Shown here piece after piece: positions 34,272 through 48,445 of a stretch of DNA of 64,000 nucleotides (its first letter is position 1; every line of letters starts with the position of its first letter). A model generated the notes under the pieces. The model was not told the DNA's origin, did not search any database, and saw nothing but the letters and a program-made list of their open reading frames with translations. A program made the translations under genes and the position numbers. The stretch is from an uncultured Acidimicrobiales bacterium. GTDB taxonomy: Bacteria; Actinomycetota; Acidimicrobiia; Acidimicrobiales; CAWCAL01. Where the stretch lies: assembly GCA_963697385.1 (NCBI GenBank), contig CAVONU010000006.1, forward strand, positions 350,343-414,342. The letters run 5' to 3'.

Positions 34272-35741
34272 ATGAGACCGTCCCCCACGAGTTCCAAGCG
34301 GGCTCGCACCACATTGACCCGGGTGTTGCTCACCACACCGGTTGCGCTGGGAGCGATCGCCTGGCTGGCCTCGCCCGCCGGGGCGCAGGAGCAGCCGACC
34401 TACGAGCGATTCGCCGAGGATGCGGCGGCCACCAACACCGTCGTACTCGACAACATCTTCATCTTCGTCGCCGCCGTGCTGGTCTTCCTGATGCAGCCCG
34501 GCTTCGCGCTGGTCGAGGCCGGGCTGACCCGAGCCAAGAACGCCGCCAACATCATGATGAAGAACCTGATGGATGTCGCCATCGGTGTGCTGGTCTTCGC
34601 GGCCATCGGCTGGGGCATCGCCTACCCGGGCGACTTCTCCATCGGGAGCATCTTCGGCTTCGCCGGATTCGGGATTCCCGGATTGATGGACCTGGCACCG
34701 GCGGACGCGGCGGACTACCCCCTGAACGTCGGGGTCGACTTCTTCTTCCAGGCGGCCTTCGCCGCGACCGCAGCGACCATCGTGTCGGGAGCGGTGGCCG
34801 GCCGAACCCAGTTCCGCGGGTACATCATCTACTCGATCGTCATCACGGCGCTGATCTACCCGATCGTCGTCTCGTGGAAGTGGGGCGGTGGCTGGCTCGA
34901 CGAGCTCGGCTACGTCGACTTCGCCGGTTCGGGACTGGTCCACATGGTCGGCGGATTCGCAGCCCTGATGGGAGCGATCATCCTCGGTCCCCGCATCGGC
35001 AAGTTCGGCAAGGACGGCAAACCTCGAGCGATTCCGGGTCACAGCGTGCCGCTGGCGATCGTCGGTGTGTTCATCCTCTTCATCGGCTGGTTCGGGTTCA
35101 ACCCGGGCTCGCAGCTGCAGGCCGATCTGGCCGTGCCGGTCCTGGCCGTCCTGACCGCGCTGCCCGCTGCGGCGGGCGCGCTGGCCGCCATGGCGACCAG
35201 CTGGATCGTCCAGGGCAAGCCCGACGTCTCGATGGCCGGCAACGGCATGCTGGCCGGTCTGGTCGCGATCTGTTCGGGTATCGGTGACATGACCGCCACG
35301 GGCGCCGTCATCACCGGCCTCGTCGCCGGCACGATCGTCGTGCTCGCCGTCACCGCCATCGAGCGTATGCAGGTCGACGATCCGGTCGGCGCCTTCTCGG
35401 TGCACGGCATCTGCGGGTTCTGGGGCCTGATCGCCACGGGCCTGTTCGCCACCAGCGGCGGGACCAACGGCAGCGAGGTCGAGGGTCTCTTCTACGGCGG
35501 CGGTGCCGGACTGCTGGTCGACCAGGTGGTCGGCGGCCTCGCCATCGCTGCCTTCGTCTCGCTCACCGCCGGGGCACTGTTCCTGGCGATGAAGTCGGCC
35601 GGCATCTTCCGGGTGTCGCCCGAGGACGAGATCGAAGGCCTGGACGTCTCCGAGCATGGTGCGCCCGGATACGGCCCTGACATGATGGCCGGCGTCACCG
35701 GGGGTGTGCCGACCGGGCTCGATGCCCCGGTCAAGGTCTGA
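34272..35741 (+). CDS. amtB: ammonium transporter
   Basis: ATG 34272 after aggagga. [35 protein letters not shown] and [27 protein letters not shown] are Amt signatures. Confidence 0.93.
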   Translation: MRPSPTSSKRARTTLTRVLLTTPVALGAIAWLASPAGAQEQPTYERFAEDAAATNTVVLDNIFIFVAAVLVFLMQPGFALVEAGLTRAKNAANIMMKNLMDVAIGVLVFAAIGWGIAYPGDFSIGSIFGFAGFGIPGLMDLAPADAADYPLNVGVDFFFQAAFAATAATIVSGAVAGRTQFRGYIIYSIVITALIYPIVVSWKWGGGWLDELGYVDFAGSGLVHMVGGFAALMGAIILGPRIGKFGKDGKPRAIPGHSVPLAIVGVFILFIGWFGFNPGSQLQADLAVPVLAVLTALPAAAGALAAMATSWIVQGKPDVSMAGNGMLAGLVAICSGIGDMTATGAVITGLVAGTIVVLAVTAIERMQVDDPVGAFSVHGICGFWGLIATGLFATSGGTNGSEVEGLFYGGGAGLLVDQVVGGLAIAAFVSLTAGALFLAMKSAGIFRVSPEDEIEGLDVSEHGAPGYGPDMMAGVTGGVPTGLDAPVKV

Positions 35742-35769
35742 GCACGACACGAACGAGGAAAGGATACGA

Positions 35770-36111
35770 ATGGTGCATCTCGTGACAGCGATCATCAAAC
35801 ACCACCGGCTGGAGAGCGTGAAGGAAGCGCTCGAGGGAGTGGGGTTCAGCGGCATGACCGTGACCGAGGTACGGGGTCACGGTCGTCAGGGCGGCCACAC
35901 CGAGACCTATCGGGGCGCCGAGTACCAGGTCGACTTCCTCCCGAAGCTCAAGGTGGAGCTGGTGGTCGACACCACCGATGTCGAGAAGGTCGTCGACATC
36001 ATCACCCAGACGGCCCGGACCGGCTCGATCGGCGACGGCAAGATCTGGACCACGACGCTCGACTCGCTGGTGCGGATTCGTACCGGTGAGCGCAACGGCG
36101 ACGCGGTGTAG
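35770..36111 (+). CDS. glnK: nitrogen regulatory protein P-II
   Basis: MVHLVTAIIKHHRLESVKEALEGVGFSGMTVTEVRGHGRQGGHTETYRGAEYQVDFLPKLKVELVV...GDGKIWTT. Immediately downstream of amt. Confidence 0.93.
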   Translation: MVHLVTAIIKHHRLESVKEALEGVGFSGMTVTEVRGHGRQGGHTETYRGAEYQVDFLPKLKVELVVDTTDVEKVVDIITQTARTGSIGDGKIWTTTLDSLVRIRTGERNGDAV

Positions 36112-36135
36112 CCCCGCAAGCCAGGATCCCCCCGC

Positions 36136-36186
36136 CGAAATTCCGTCCGGTCGCGTCGACAGCCGACGCGATTGGACGGAATTTCG
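36136..36186. terminator. nested long hairpin between the convergent glnK and gpmA genes
   Basis: Outer 13-bp stem cgaaattccgtcc / ggacggaatttcg, enclosing an inner 8-bp stem tcgcgtcg / cgacgcga. Confidence 0.6.
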
Positions 36187-36191
36187 TGCGG

Positions 36192-36944
36192 TCAGCCCGC
36201 TTGGGCCGCGACCTTGGCGGCTTCGGCGGCGGCGGCCTCGGGATCGAGGTAGCGCTCGTGGGTCGGTACGACCCGAGCCGGGCGCATGTCGTCGCCCAGT
36301 TCGTAGATCAGCGGCTGACCGGTGGGGATGTTGAGCTCGGGGATCGCCTCGTCGGAGATCTGGTCGAGGTGCTTGACCAGCGCTCGCAGGCTGTTGCCGT
36401 GGGCGGAGACGAGGACGGTGCGCTCGAGGCGCAGGTCGGGCACGATGCCGTCGAACCAATAGGGCAGCATGCGCTCGAGCACGTCGGCCAGGCACTCGCA
36501 GGCCGGGAGGAGCTCGGGCGCCACGTCGGCGTAGCGGGGGTCGTTCGACGGGTGGTACGGCGAGTCGACACCGACCGGCGGGGGAGGAGTCCGATATCCG
36601 CGGCGCCACTGCTGGAGCTGTTCGGCGCCGTGTTGTTCCTTCGTCTCGGCCTTGTTGAGGCCCTGCAGAGCGCCGTAGTGGCGCTCGTTGAGCCGCCAGG
36701 AGCGGCGCACCGGGATCCAGGATCGACCCATCTCGGCCAGGGCGAGGTCGGCGGTGCGAATGGCGCGCAGCTGCAGCGACGTGTGCACCACGTCGGGGAG
36801 GAGCCCGGCTTCGGTGAGCATGGGCCCGGCGGCGCGCGCCTCGGCCTCGCCCTTCTCGGTCAGGTCGACGTCGTGCCAGCCGGTGAACTTGTTCTCGAGA
36901 TTCCAGGTGCTCTGGCCGTGACGGACCAGGACGAGTGTGGCCAT
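36192..36944 (-). CDS. gpmA: 2,3-bisphosphoglycerate-dependent phosphoglycerate mutase
   Basis: From ATG 36944: [32 protein letters not shown] (the RHGxxxWN motif). ~250 aa. Confidence 0.93.
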   Translation of the reverse strand: MATLVLVRHGQSTWNLENKFTGWHDVDLTEKGEAEARAAGPMLTEAGLLPDVVHTSLQLRAIRTADLALAEMGRSWIPVRRSWRLNERHYGALQGLNKAETKEQHGAEQLQQWRRGYRTPPPPVGVDSPYHPSNDPRYADVAPELLPACECLADVLERMLPYWFDGIVPDLRLERTVLVSAHGNSLRALVKHLDQISDEAIPELNIPTGQPLIYELGDDMRPARVVPTHERYLDPEAAAAEAAKVAAQAG

Positions 36945-37043
36945 GGGGGTTCCGTTCCCTCTCCCGGGCGGACGTGCCCGCAGCGCCATCGTGCCCTGCC
37001 CCGGACGGAGGCGCCAACGCACCGAGCCGTCTCCGGCCGAAGG

Positions 37044-37073
37044 GTTGCTAATGACACACTCAAGTTTTATACT
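37044..37073 (+). promoter_or_regulatory. dnaK promoter with overlapping HAIR-like (HspR) half-site
   Basis: AT-rich island. -35 TTGCTA (37045-50), 17-bp spacer, -10 TATACT (37068-73). GTTGCTA-N7-ACTCAAG overlaps it; the right half equals the HAIR consensus half. Confidence 0.55.
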
Positions 37074-37205
37074 GCTGGAAACCAAAGAATTCGCCGTGAG
37101 GCGCTACGGGGCCGCTAGGCTCACCGGATCGGCGCCCCATGTCGGGCCCCGATCGCCCCGCTGCATCTCTGCACGCACCCTCGACCCCACAGGAGAAGTA
37201 CCCCC

Positions 37206-39029
37206 ATGGCAAAAGCCGTCGGCATCGACCTCGGAACCACCAACTCGGTGGTCAGCGCCCTCGAAGGCGGCGACCCCGTGGTGATTCCCAACGCCGAGGG
37301 ATCCCGCACCACCCCGTCGGTCGTGGCCTTCGCCAAGAACGGCGAAGTCCTCGTCGGCGAGGTGGCCAAGCGCCAGGCCATCACCAACCCCGACCGCACC
37401 ATCCGATCGGTCAAGCGGCACATGGGCACGGGCTGGAGCATCGACATCGACGGCAAGAGCTACAACTCGCAGGAGATCTCGGCCCGCACGCTGATGAAGC
37501 TCAAGGCCGACGCCGAGGCCTACCTCGGCGACGACGTGACCGAGGCGGTCATCACCGTCCCCGCCTACTTCGACGATGCGCAGCGCACCGCGACGCAGGA
37601 AGCCGGCAAGGTCGCCGGGCTCGAGGTCCTGCGCATCATCAACGAGCCCACCGCCGCCGCGCTGGCCTACGGCCTCGACAAGGAGGGTGAGGATCAGACG
37701 ATTCTCGTGTTCGACCTCGGGGGTGGCACCTTCGACGTGTCGGTGCTCGAGATCGGCGACGGCGTGTTCGAGGTCAAGTCCACCCACGGTGACACCAAGC
37801 TGGGCGGCGACGACTGGGACGAGGCCGTCATGGACTGGCTCGTCGCATCGTTCAAGAACGACCACGGCGTCGACCTCAGCGCCGACAACATGGCCGTTCA
37901 GCGCTTGAAGGAGGCGGCCGAGGACGCCAAGAAGGAGTTGTCCTCCAAGCAGACCACGTCGATCAGCCTGCCGTTCATCACGGCCACCGACTCCGGTCCG
38001 CTCCACCTCGAGTACGAGCTGAGCCGGGCCAAGTTCCAGGACCTCACCTCCGATCTCCTCGCCCGCTGCAAGGGACCCTTCGAGCAGGCCATCTCCGACG
38101 CCGGCCTGTCGCAGGGCGACATCGATCACGTCATCCTGGTCGGCGGCTCCACCCGCATGCCGGCGGTGGCCGACATGGTCTCGGAGTTCACCGGTAGGGA
38201 GCCCAACAAGAGCGTCAACCCCGACGAGGTGGTGGCGGTCGGCGCCGCCGTCCAGGCCGGTGTCCTGAAGGGCGACGTCAAGGACGTCCTCCTGCTCGAT
38301 GTCACGCCGCTCTCGCTCGGTATCGAGACCAAGGGCGGGGTCATGACCCGGCTGATCGAGCGCAACACCACCATTCCCACCCGTCGGACCGAGGTGTTCA
38401 CCACCGCGGCCGACAGTCAGCCCTCGGTCGAGATCCACGTGCTCCAGGGCGAACGCGAGATGGCCCAGTTCAACAAGACGCTGGGCAAGTTCCATCTGGT
38501 GGAGTTGCCTCCCGCACCACAGGGCGTCCCGCAGATCGAGGTCACCTTCGACATCGATGCCAACGGCATCGTCAACGTGTCGGCCAAGGACCGCGCCACC
38601 AACAAGGAGCAGTCCATCACCATCACCGGCCAGTCCTCCCTCGACAAGGATCTCATCGACCAGATGGTGAAGGACGCCGAGGCCCACGCCGAGGACGACC
38701 GGCAGCGCCGCGAGCAGGCCGAGGTCAGGAACAACGCCGACTCGCTCGTGTACCAGACCGAGAAGACGCTGAAGGACAGTGGCGACAAGCTGGGAGAAGA
38801 GGATCGCGCCGGTGTCGAGGAGAAGCTCGAGGCATTGAAGACCGCGCTCGAGGGCGAGGACATCGAGAAGATCAAGGACGGGACCGACGCCCTGATGAGC
38901 GCCAGCCAGGCGTTCAGCCAGCAGCTCTATGAGCAGGCGGCACAAGCCGCGGGCGAGGAACAAGCAGCCTCCGAGGCCCCCGACGACGACGAGGTGGTCG
39001 ACGCCGAGATCGTCGACGACGAATCGTGA
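37206..39029 (+). CDS. dnaK: chaperone DnaK (Hsp70)
   Basis: [16 protein letters not shown]...[14 protein letters not shown]...[13 protein letters not shown]. 607 aa. Confidence 0.98.
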   Translation: MAKAVGIDLGTTNSVVSALEGGDPVVIPNAEGSRTTPSVVAFAKNGEVLVGEVAKRQAITNPDRTIRSVKRHMGTGWSIDIDGKSYNSQEISARTLMKLKADAEAYLGDDVTEAVITVPAYFDDAQRTATQEAGKVAGLEVLRIINEPTAAALAYGLDKEGEDQTILVFDLGGGTFDVSVLEIGDGVFEVKSTHGDTKLGGDDWDEAVMDWLVASFKNDHGVDLSADNMAVQRLKEAAEDAKKELSSKQTTSISLPFITATDSGPLHLEYELSRAKFQDLTSDLLARCKGPFEQAISDAGLSQGDIDHVILVGGSTRMPAVADMVSEFTGREPNKSVNPDEVVAVGAAVQAGVLKGDVKDVLLLDVTPLSLGIETKGGVMTRLIERNTTIPTRRTEVFTTAADSQPSVEIHVLQGEREMAQFNKTLGKFHLVELPPAPQGVPQIEVTFDIDANGIVNVSAKDRATNKEQSITITGQSSLDKDLIDQMVKDAEAHAEDDRQRREQAEVRNNADSLVYQTEKTLKDSGDKLGEEDRAGVEEKLEALKTALEGEDIEKIKDGTDALMSASQAFSQQLYEQAAQAAGEEQAASEAPDDDEVVDAEIVDDES

Positions 39030-39685
39030 GCGCCGGACAAACGCCGTCCTCGCCGGAGAACGCCGAGGACGTGACGATCGACGACGACACGGTCGATGGG
39101 CCCCGGGCTCCGTCCGCCGACGGCACCCCCTCCCCCGAGGACGCCTCCGACGGAGACGGTGCATCACCGGCTGAGGGTGCGCCCTCGTTCGAAGGTGGCG
39201 CCGAGGCGCTCGAGGTTCCCCACGACCTCGGAGCGGTGCTGGACTCGGTCGTCGCCGAGCGGGACGAGCTGACCCACCAGTTGGCCGAGCAACGAGATTC
39301 GTACGCCCGCCTGGCCGCCGATTTCGACAACTACAAGAAGCGTACGGCTCGCACCCAGCGCGACGAAGTGGCTCGCGCCGCAGGCAGCATCATCGACGGG
39401 TTGCTCCCGGTGCTCGACGGCTGCGATGCCGCGGTGCAGCAGGGTGTCGAGGGTGTCCAGCCCATCGCCGATCTGCTGCTCGGCGCCCTCGTTCGCGAGG
39501 GCCTCACCCAGATCGATCCGCTCGGGGACGTGTTCGATCCGGCGGTGCATCAGGCCGTGGTCAACGAACCCGCGGCCGACGGCGCCGACGGCGGGATCAC
39601 CGTGGTGATCGAGGTCATGCGGCCCGGCTACCTCTGGCGGGAGCAGGTGCTCCGACCCGCCATGGTCAAGGTCCAAGACCAATGA
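39026..39685 (+). CDS. grpE: nucleotide exchange factor GrpE
   Basis: GTG start overlapping the dnaK stop. [20 protein letters not shown]...FDPAVHQAV...[17 protein letters not shown]. Confidence 0.93.
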   Translation: MSAGQTPSSPENAEDVTIDDDTVDGPRAPSADGTPSPEDASDGDGASPAEGAPSFEGGAEALEVPHDLGAVLDSVVAERDELTHQLAEQRDSYARLAADFDNYKKRTARTQRDEVARAAGSIIDGLLPVLDGCDAAVQQGVEGVQPIADLLLGALVREGLTQIDPLGDVFDPAVHQAVVNEPAADGADGGITVVIEVMRPGYLWREQVLRPAMVKVQDQ

Positions 39686-39722
39686 CGGTCCGCCGCGCTG
39701 CGACGGGCCGAGGTCCGCTGCC

Positions 39723-40845
39723 GTGACGGCCCAGCGCGAGTGGCTCGAGAAGGACTACTACGCGGTCCTGGGTGTTTCGAAGGAAGCCTCGGACAAGGAG
39801 ATCACCAAGGCGTATCGCAAGCTGGCTCGGGAGCTCCACCCCGATGCCAACCAGAGCGATGCGTCGGCCGAGGATCGATTCAAGGAGGTGTCGGCCGCCT
39901 ACGACATCGTCGGTGATCCCGACCGTCGCAAGGAGTACGACGAGGTCCGGGCCATGGGCCCGTTCTCCTTCGGGGGAGGGTCTGCGCCCGGCGGCTCCGG
40001 CGGGATGGGTGGATTCCGGGTCGAGGACCTGGGCGACCTCTTCGGCGGACTGTTCGGCGGCGCCGGGTGGTGGTGGACGACCTGGTCGCGGCGGACCGCG
40101 AGGCGGCCAGCGCGGCGACGACCTCGAGACCGAGCTGCACCTGTCGTTCCTCGACGCGGCGCACGGCGTCACCACGTCGGTCCACCTCACGTCCGATGCC
40201 TCCTGCCGTACCTGCGGCGGCACCGGCGCCGCACCAGGGACGGCGCCGACGACCTGCGCCACCTGTCAGGGATCCGGAGCGGTCTCGGACAACCAGGGCA
40301 TGTTCGGATTCAGCCAGCCCTGCTCGACCTGTGGTGGTCGCGGTCAACGCATCGAGTCGCCGTGCGGAACCTGTCACGGTTCGGGGCTCGAGCGACGACG
40401 ACGAGAGGTCAAGGTCCGGATCCCCACCGGGGTGGAGGACGGCCAGCGCATCCGGCTGAAGGGTCGGGGCAGCCCTGGCCGTGGCGGTCCGGCCGGTGAC
40501 CTCTACGTCGTGTGTCGGGTGGCACCCCATCCGGTGTTCGGTCGGTCCGGCAACCATCTGACCGTCACGGTTCCCATCACCTTCCCCGAAGCTGCGCTGG
40601 GCGCCACCATCCGCGTGCCCACGCTCGACGGCGACACCGTCGGCATCAAGGTGCCGGCCGGGACGTCATCGGGCCGGGTGTTCCGGCTGCGCGGCAAGGG
40701 CATCGAGTCGAAGAAGGGGAGCGGCGACCTGCTCGTCACGGTCGAGGTCGCGGTCCCCCTGGAGATGAGCGACGAAGCGCGCGAGGCCCTGGCGGCCTAC
40801 GACGAGCTCAGCGCTCACGCCCCGCGCGAGGCCACGGCCTCGTGA
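39723..40845 (+). pseudogene. dnaJ: chaperone DnaJ, reading frame broken once in the Gly-rich linker
   Basis: The J domain ([34 protein letters not shown]) runs through ...[10 protein letters not shown] in the 39723 frame. [27 protein letters not shown], the Zn-finger repeats ([32 protein letters not shown]) and the C-terminus are in the 39772 frame. The switch is at ~40064-40075 (gccgggtggtggtgg). Confidence 0.85.
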
Positions 40846-40880
40846 GGGCTCACCACCACACCTGAGGAGGCGATCCCACC

Positions 40881-41234
40881 ATGCCCGAGTATCGACAGGC
40901 GGTCTACGTGATCTCCGTCGCCGCCGAGCTGGCCGGCTGCCACCCCCAGACGCTCCGCATCTACGAGCGCAAGGGGCTGCTCCGACCGGCCCGAACCGGT
41001 GGCGGCAGCCGCCGCTACAGCGAGGCCGACATCGAGCTGCTCCGGAAGATCCAGGAGCTCACCAACGAGGGGATGAACCTGGTCGGCGTGCAGCGGGTCC
41101 TCGACCTCGAGGCGCGGGTCGCGGAGCTCGACGCCCAGATCCATGCGATGCAGGCCCAGATCGACGACACCCACGACCGGTACCGGCGCGAAATCGTCCC
41201 GTTCGGCCGTTCTCCCCTTCCTCCCCGCCGCTAA
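40881..41234 (+). CDS. hspR: MerR-family heat-shock repressor HspR
   Basis: YVISVAAELAGCHPQTLRIYERKGLLRPARTGGGSRRYSEADIELLRKIQELTNEGMNLVGV. It is the last gene of the dnaK operon. Confidence 0.9.
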   Translation: MPEYRQAVYVISVAAELAGCHPQTLRIYERKGLLRPARTGGGSRRYSEADIELLRKIQELTNEGMNLVGVQRVLDLEARVAELDAQIHAMQAQIDDTHDRYRREIVPFGRSPLPPRR

Positions 41235-41235
41235 A

Positions 41236-41265
41236 CTTGATACACTTGCTATCAGGTTTTATGAG
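41236..41265 (+). promoter_or_regulatory. clpB promoter with overlapping HAIR-like inverted repeat
   Basis: -35 TTGATA (41237-42), 17-bp spacer, -10 TATGAG (41260-65). CTTGATA-N7-TATCAGG (41236-41256). Shares ca(a/g)gttttat with the dnaK promoter. Confidence 0.5.
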
Positions 41266-41338
41266 CTAGTCGTAGGAAGAGTGCGGCGGCTCTGGACCGT
41301 TCCCCCTACAGCGCAACCGAACTGGAGCACACACCGAC

Positions 41339-43846
<2,508 letters not shown>

Positions 43847-43884
43847 TCCGGCGGGCCGCCCACTCGGGCCGGTACGGTGACGCC

Positions 43885-44331
43885 ATGACGGCGACGGTCG
43901 TGGAACCACCGGTCCGGGGACGCACCCTGGTGAGCGAGGTCTTCCGCCTCGACTCGCCGGACGGTGCGGCGGGGTTCCGGCTGTTCAGCACCGTGATGGC
44001 CGCCGGTGCCGTCGCCGCGCCGCTGCTGTCGGGTGTCGGCCCGCTCTGCCCGCTCCGTCGTCTCACGGGCATCCCCTGCCCGGGCTGCGGAATGCGCGGT
44101 GGGGTCACCTCGATCGCCCACGGCGACGTCGTGGCCGGATTCGCCTCCAACCCTCTCGCGGTGATCCTGGTGCTGGTGGTCGCCGCCGCGTGGCTCAGCC
44201 TGCTGGTGCGGACGGTGCGTCCCGGCACACCCGGTGCGGGGCTGTGGCTCCGCCGGCCACCCGGGTGGCTCGTGGCCATCACCCTCGGAGCGAGTTGGAT
44301 CTACCAACTCGTTCGCTACGGCGTGCTGTGA
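43885..44331 (+). CDS. DUF2752-type membrane protein
   Basis: CPLRRLTGIPCPGCGMRGG motif followed by TM helices. Confidence 0.7.
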   Translation: MTATVVEPPVRGRTLVSEVFRLDSPDGAAGFRLFSTVMAAGAVAAPLLSGVGPLCPLRRLTGIPCPGCGMRGGVTSIAHGDVVAGFASNPLAVILVLVVAAAWLSLLVRTVRPGTPGAGLWLRRPPGWLVAITLGASWIYQLVRYGVL

Positions 44332-44509
44332 CCCCTGCGCTGCGATGATCTGCAGCGCGGGCTCTGCCATCGGCTCTCACCCACGGTGCTGCTCCGCCTG
44401 GCGGCTCCGCAGCTTCGCTCGCGAAGCATTCATCGATCCGGCAGGTGTCTCCCACTAGGGTCGTTGGGTCCGCTCGAATCCCGGCCGTGAGGCCAGTAGA
44501 GGAGCCGAA

Positions 44510-45190
44510 ATGTCCGACTCATCGATGGCCGCAGGCTGGTACGAGGCTCCGGGAGACCCGCCGGGCACCAAGCGGTATTGGGACGGCGCGCAGTGGACCA
44601 CCGATCCCATGACCGATGCACAGATCGCGGCCCAGACGGGAGCGACCGCCGCTCCCGCCGCGGCTGCCGGGGCGGCCCCGATCGGTGCCGCCGCCGGCGC
44701 GGCCCCCGTCGCCGGCATGAGCCAGTGGGGAGAGCTCGCCCCGTGGGGGACCCGCGCCGTCGCGTTGCTCATCGACTGGGCGCTCTTCGCCCTGGTGCCG
44801 TACCTCGCCATCTTCATCCTCGGCGCCGTCTTCGGGGCCATCTCCGACGCGCTCGGAGCCCTGGTGATCTTCGTCGGCTACATCGCGGTGGCCGCCCTCT
44901 TCCTCTACGTGCTGGGCTATGGCGTCGGCACCACCGGCCAGAGCCCGGGCAAGCGCATGATGGGGATCAAGATCGTCAGCAAGGAGACCGGTCAGGTCAT
45001 CGGTGGCGGCGTCGGTATCGGCCGGTGGTTCGCCCACATCATCGACAGCCTGGTCTGCTACATCGGCTGGCTGATGCCGCTGTGGGACAGCGAGCGGCAG
45101 ACGATCGCCGACAAGCTGATCGGCACCTACGCGATCATCGTGCCCAAGGGCGAGATCATGCCCCTTCTGCCCGACGGCAAGCCGTTCTGA
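44510..45190 (+). CDS. RDD-family membrane protein with N-terminal DUF2510-like motif
   Basis: GWYEAPGDPPGTKRYWDGAQWT, an Ala-rich linker, then an RDD-type TM domain ending WDSERQTIADKLIGTY. Confidence 0.8.
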   Translation: MSDSSMAAGWYEAPGDPPGTKRYWDGAQWTTDPMTDAQIAAQTGATAAPAAAAGAAPIGAAAGAAPVAGMSQWGELAPWGTRAVALLIDWALFALVPYLAIFILGAVFGAISDALGALVIFVGYIAVAALFLYVLGYGVGTTGQSPGKRMMGIKIVSKETGQVIGGGVGIGRWFAHIIDSLVCYIGWLMPLWDSERQTIADKLIGTYAIIVPKGEIMPLLPDGKPF

Positions 45191-45202
45191 TCGGAGCGTC
45201 TC

Positions 45203-45877
45203 ATGGCTGACCAGGGAGCAACGCCGCCAGGCTGGTACCACGCGCCGGGCGACCCGCCCGACACCCAGCGCTACTGGGACGGCGCGGCGTGGACCGGCGA
45301 GCCGCAACCGGTGGCCAGTGCCCCCCCGGCCGGCGGCTTCGCGCCACCGCCGGCGCCCGGCGCCCCGTACCCCGGGGCGGTTGCCGCGAACCCGGAGTAC
45401 GACGCACAGTTGGGAGTCACCCTCGCCAACCCCGGGCTGCGGATCGTCGCTCGATTCATCGACGGGCTCATCATGGGGCTGGCCAGCTTCCTCATCGGGC
45501 TCATCTTCGGTCTCGGCTCGATCGGGTTGACAGGGGACTACTCCTTCGGGGCCGTGGCCATCGTGTCGGTGCTGTCCGCGGCGGTCTACTTCGGCTACGA
45601 GTACCTCATGCTCAGCTCCTCGTCAGCGACCCTGGGCAAGATGGCGTTCGGTTTCAAGGTGCTTCGCGAAGACGGGCAACCCCTCGACAGCAACAGCATC
45701 ACCATGAGAGCGGGCGTGTGGGGTGGGGTCACCCTGGTGGCCAACCTCATCCCGATCCTGGGGAGTCTCGTCAGCCTGGTCTTCATCGTGACCTGCGTCG
45801 TGTTCCTGTTCAGCAAGCCCCGGCACCAGGACGTGCCCGACCTCGTGGCCAAGACCGTGGTGATCACCACCAAGTAG
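45203..45877 (+). CDS. RDD-family membrane protein with N-terminal DUF2510-like motif (tandem paralogue)
   Basis: GWYHAPGDPPDTQRYWDGAAWTG, then RIVARFIDGLIMGLASFLIG...HQDVPDLVAKTVV. Confidence 0.8.
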   Translation: MADQGATPPGWYHAPGDPPDTQRYWDGAAWTGEPQPVASAPPAGGFAPPPAPGAPYPGAVAANPEYDAQLGVTLANPGLRIVARFIDGLIMGLASFLIGLIFGLGSIGLTGDYSFGAVAIVSVLSAAVYFGYEYLMLSSSSATLGKMAFGFKVLREDGQPLDSNSITMRAGVWGGVTLVANLIPILGSLVSLVFIVTCVVFLFSKPRHQDVPDLVAKTVVITTK

Positions 45878-45909
45878 AAGCTGCCGAGGACGTGGGTGGG
45901 CCGCGATAG

Positions 45910-47226
<1,317 letters not shown>

Positions 47227-47227
47227 C

Positions 47228-48445
47228 ATGCGCGTCTGTGTCGTCGGGAGCGGAGGGCGCGAGCACGCCCTGGCCGATGTGCTCGGCCGGCACCACGAGG
47301 TCGTGGTCACGCCGGGGAACCCGGGAATCCCCGGATCCACCCCGGTGGCGCCCCAGGAGATCGACGCCGACCTCTTCGTGATCGGACCCGAAGCGCCGCT
47401 GGTCGACGGCCTGGCCGACCGACTGCGGGCCGCCGGCCGGCTCGTGTTCGGGCCCGGAGCGGACGGAGCCCGGCTGGAGGGATCCAAGGCGTGGATGAAG
47501 GAACTGCTGATCGACGCCGGTGTCCCCACCGCCGCCTACGGGACGTTCACCGACGCTGACCGGGCCAACGCCTTCCTGGCCGGGCTCGAGGCACCGTTCG
47601 TCATCAAGACCGACGGTCTCGCGGCCGGCAAGGGCGTGGCCATCGTGCCGACGCGGGTCGAGGCCGAGGCCTGTGTCGACCGCTATCTGTCGGGAGCGGC
47701 GTTCGGCGACGCCGGGCGCACGGTGGTGATCGAGGAGTACCTCGACGGCGACGAGCTGTCGGTGTTCGCGGCGTGCGACGGGACGAGGGCCGTCTTCATG
47801 GGTGCCGCCCGCGACCACAAGCGCATCGACGACGGCGATCAGGGGCCCAACACCGGCGGGATGGGAGCGTTCTCCCCCGTGGCCGAGGTGGACGAGGTTC
47901 TGCGCCGCCGAGTGATGGACGACGCCATCGTGCCGACCCTGGCCGCACTGTCCCGTCGCGGCATCGACTACCGCGGCTTCCTGTTCTGCGGGGTGATGCT
48001 CTGCGCCGACGGCCCCAAGGTCCTGGAGTACAACATCCGATTCGGTGATCCCGAGGCCCAGGTGGTGCTCCCACGGCTGGAGACCGATCTCGGCGTCGTG
48101 CTGGCCGAGGCGGCGTCCGGGCACCTCACCACCGAGCCCTGCTTCTCCCCTGATGCCGCCGTCACCGTCGTGGCCGCCTCCGAGGGCTACCCCGAGGCGC
48201 CACGCACCGGCGACGTCATCGAGGGCCTGGGCCAGGCTGCCGCGCTGGACGGCGTCACCGTCTACTGCGCCGGGGTCGACCGGGGCGCGGACGACCGACT
48301 GGTCACCGCAGGAGGGCGCGTCCTGGCGGTCACGGCCCGAGGTCGGGACCTGGCCGACGCCCGCGCTCGGGCCTATGAGGCGATCGACCAGATCGAGTGG
48401 AAGGGTATGCACGTCCGTCACGACATCGGAGGAATCACACCGTGA
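47228..48445 (+). CDS. purD: phosphoribosylamine-glycine ligase
   Basis: MRVCVVGSGGREHALA...FVIKTDGLAAGKGV...GPNTGGMGAFSP. Confidence 0.95.
   Translation: MRVCVVGSGGREHALADVLGRHHEVVVTPGNPGIPGSTPVAPQEIDADLFVIGPEAPLVDGLADRLRAAGRLVFGPGADGARLEGSKAWMKELLIDAGVPTAAYGTFTDADRANAFLAGLEAPFVIKTDGLAAGKGVAIVPTRVEAEACVDRYLSGAAFGDAGRTVVIEEYLDGDELSVFAACDGTRAVFMGAARDHKRIDDGDQGPNTGGMGAFSPVAEVDEVLRRRVMDDAIVPTLAALSRRGIDYRGFLFCGVMLCADGPKVLEYNIRFGDPEAQVVLPRLETDLGVVLAEAASGHLTTEPCFSPDAAVTVVAASEGYPEAPRTGDVIEGLGQAAALDGVTVYCAGVDRGADDRLVTAGGRVLAVTARGRDLADARARAYEAIDQIEWKGMHVRHDIGGITP

Noticed and set aside
37104-39167. 687-aa minus-strand ORF opposite dnaK. Similar Arg/Gly-rich ORFs lie opposite clpB, purL, purA, the sulfatase, gad and other genes.
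   Set aside because: They mirror unambiguous housekeeping genes, are Arg/Gly/Pro-rich and contain no domain motifs.
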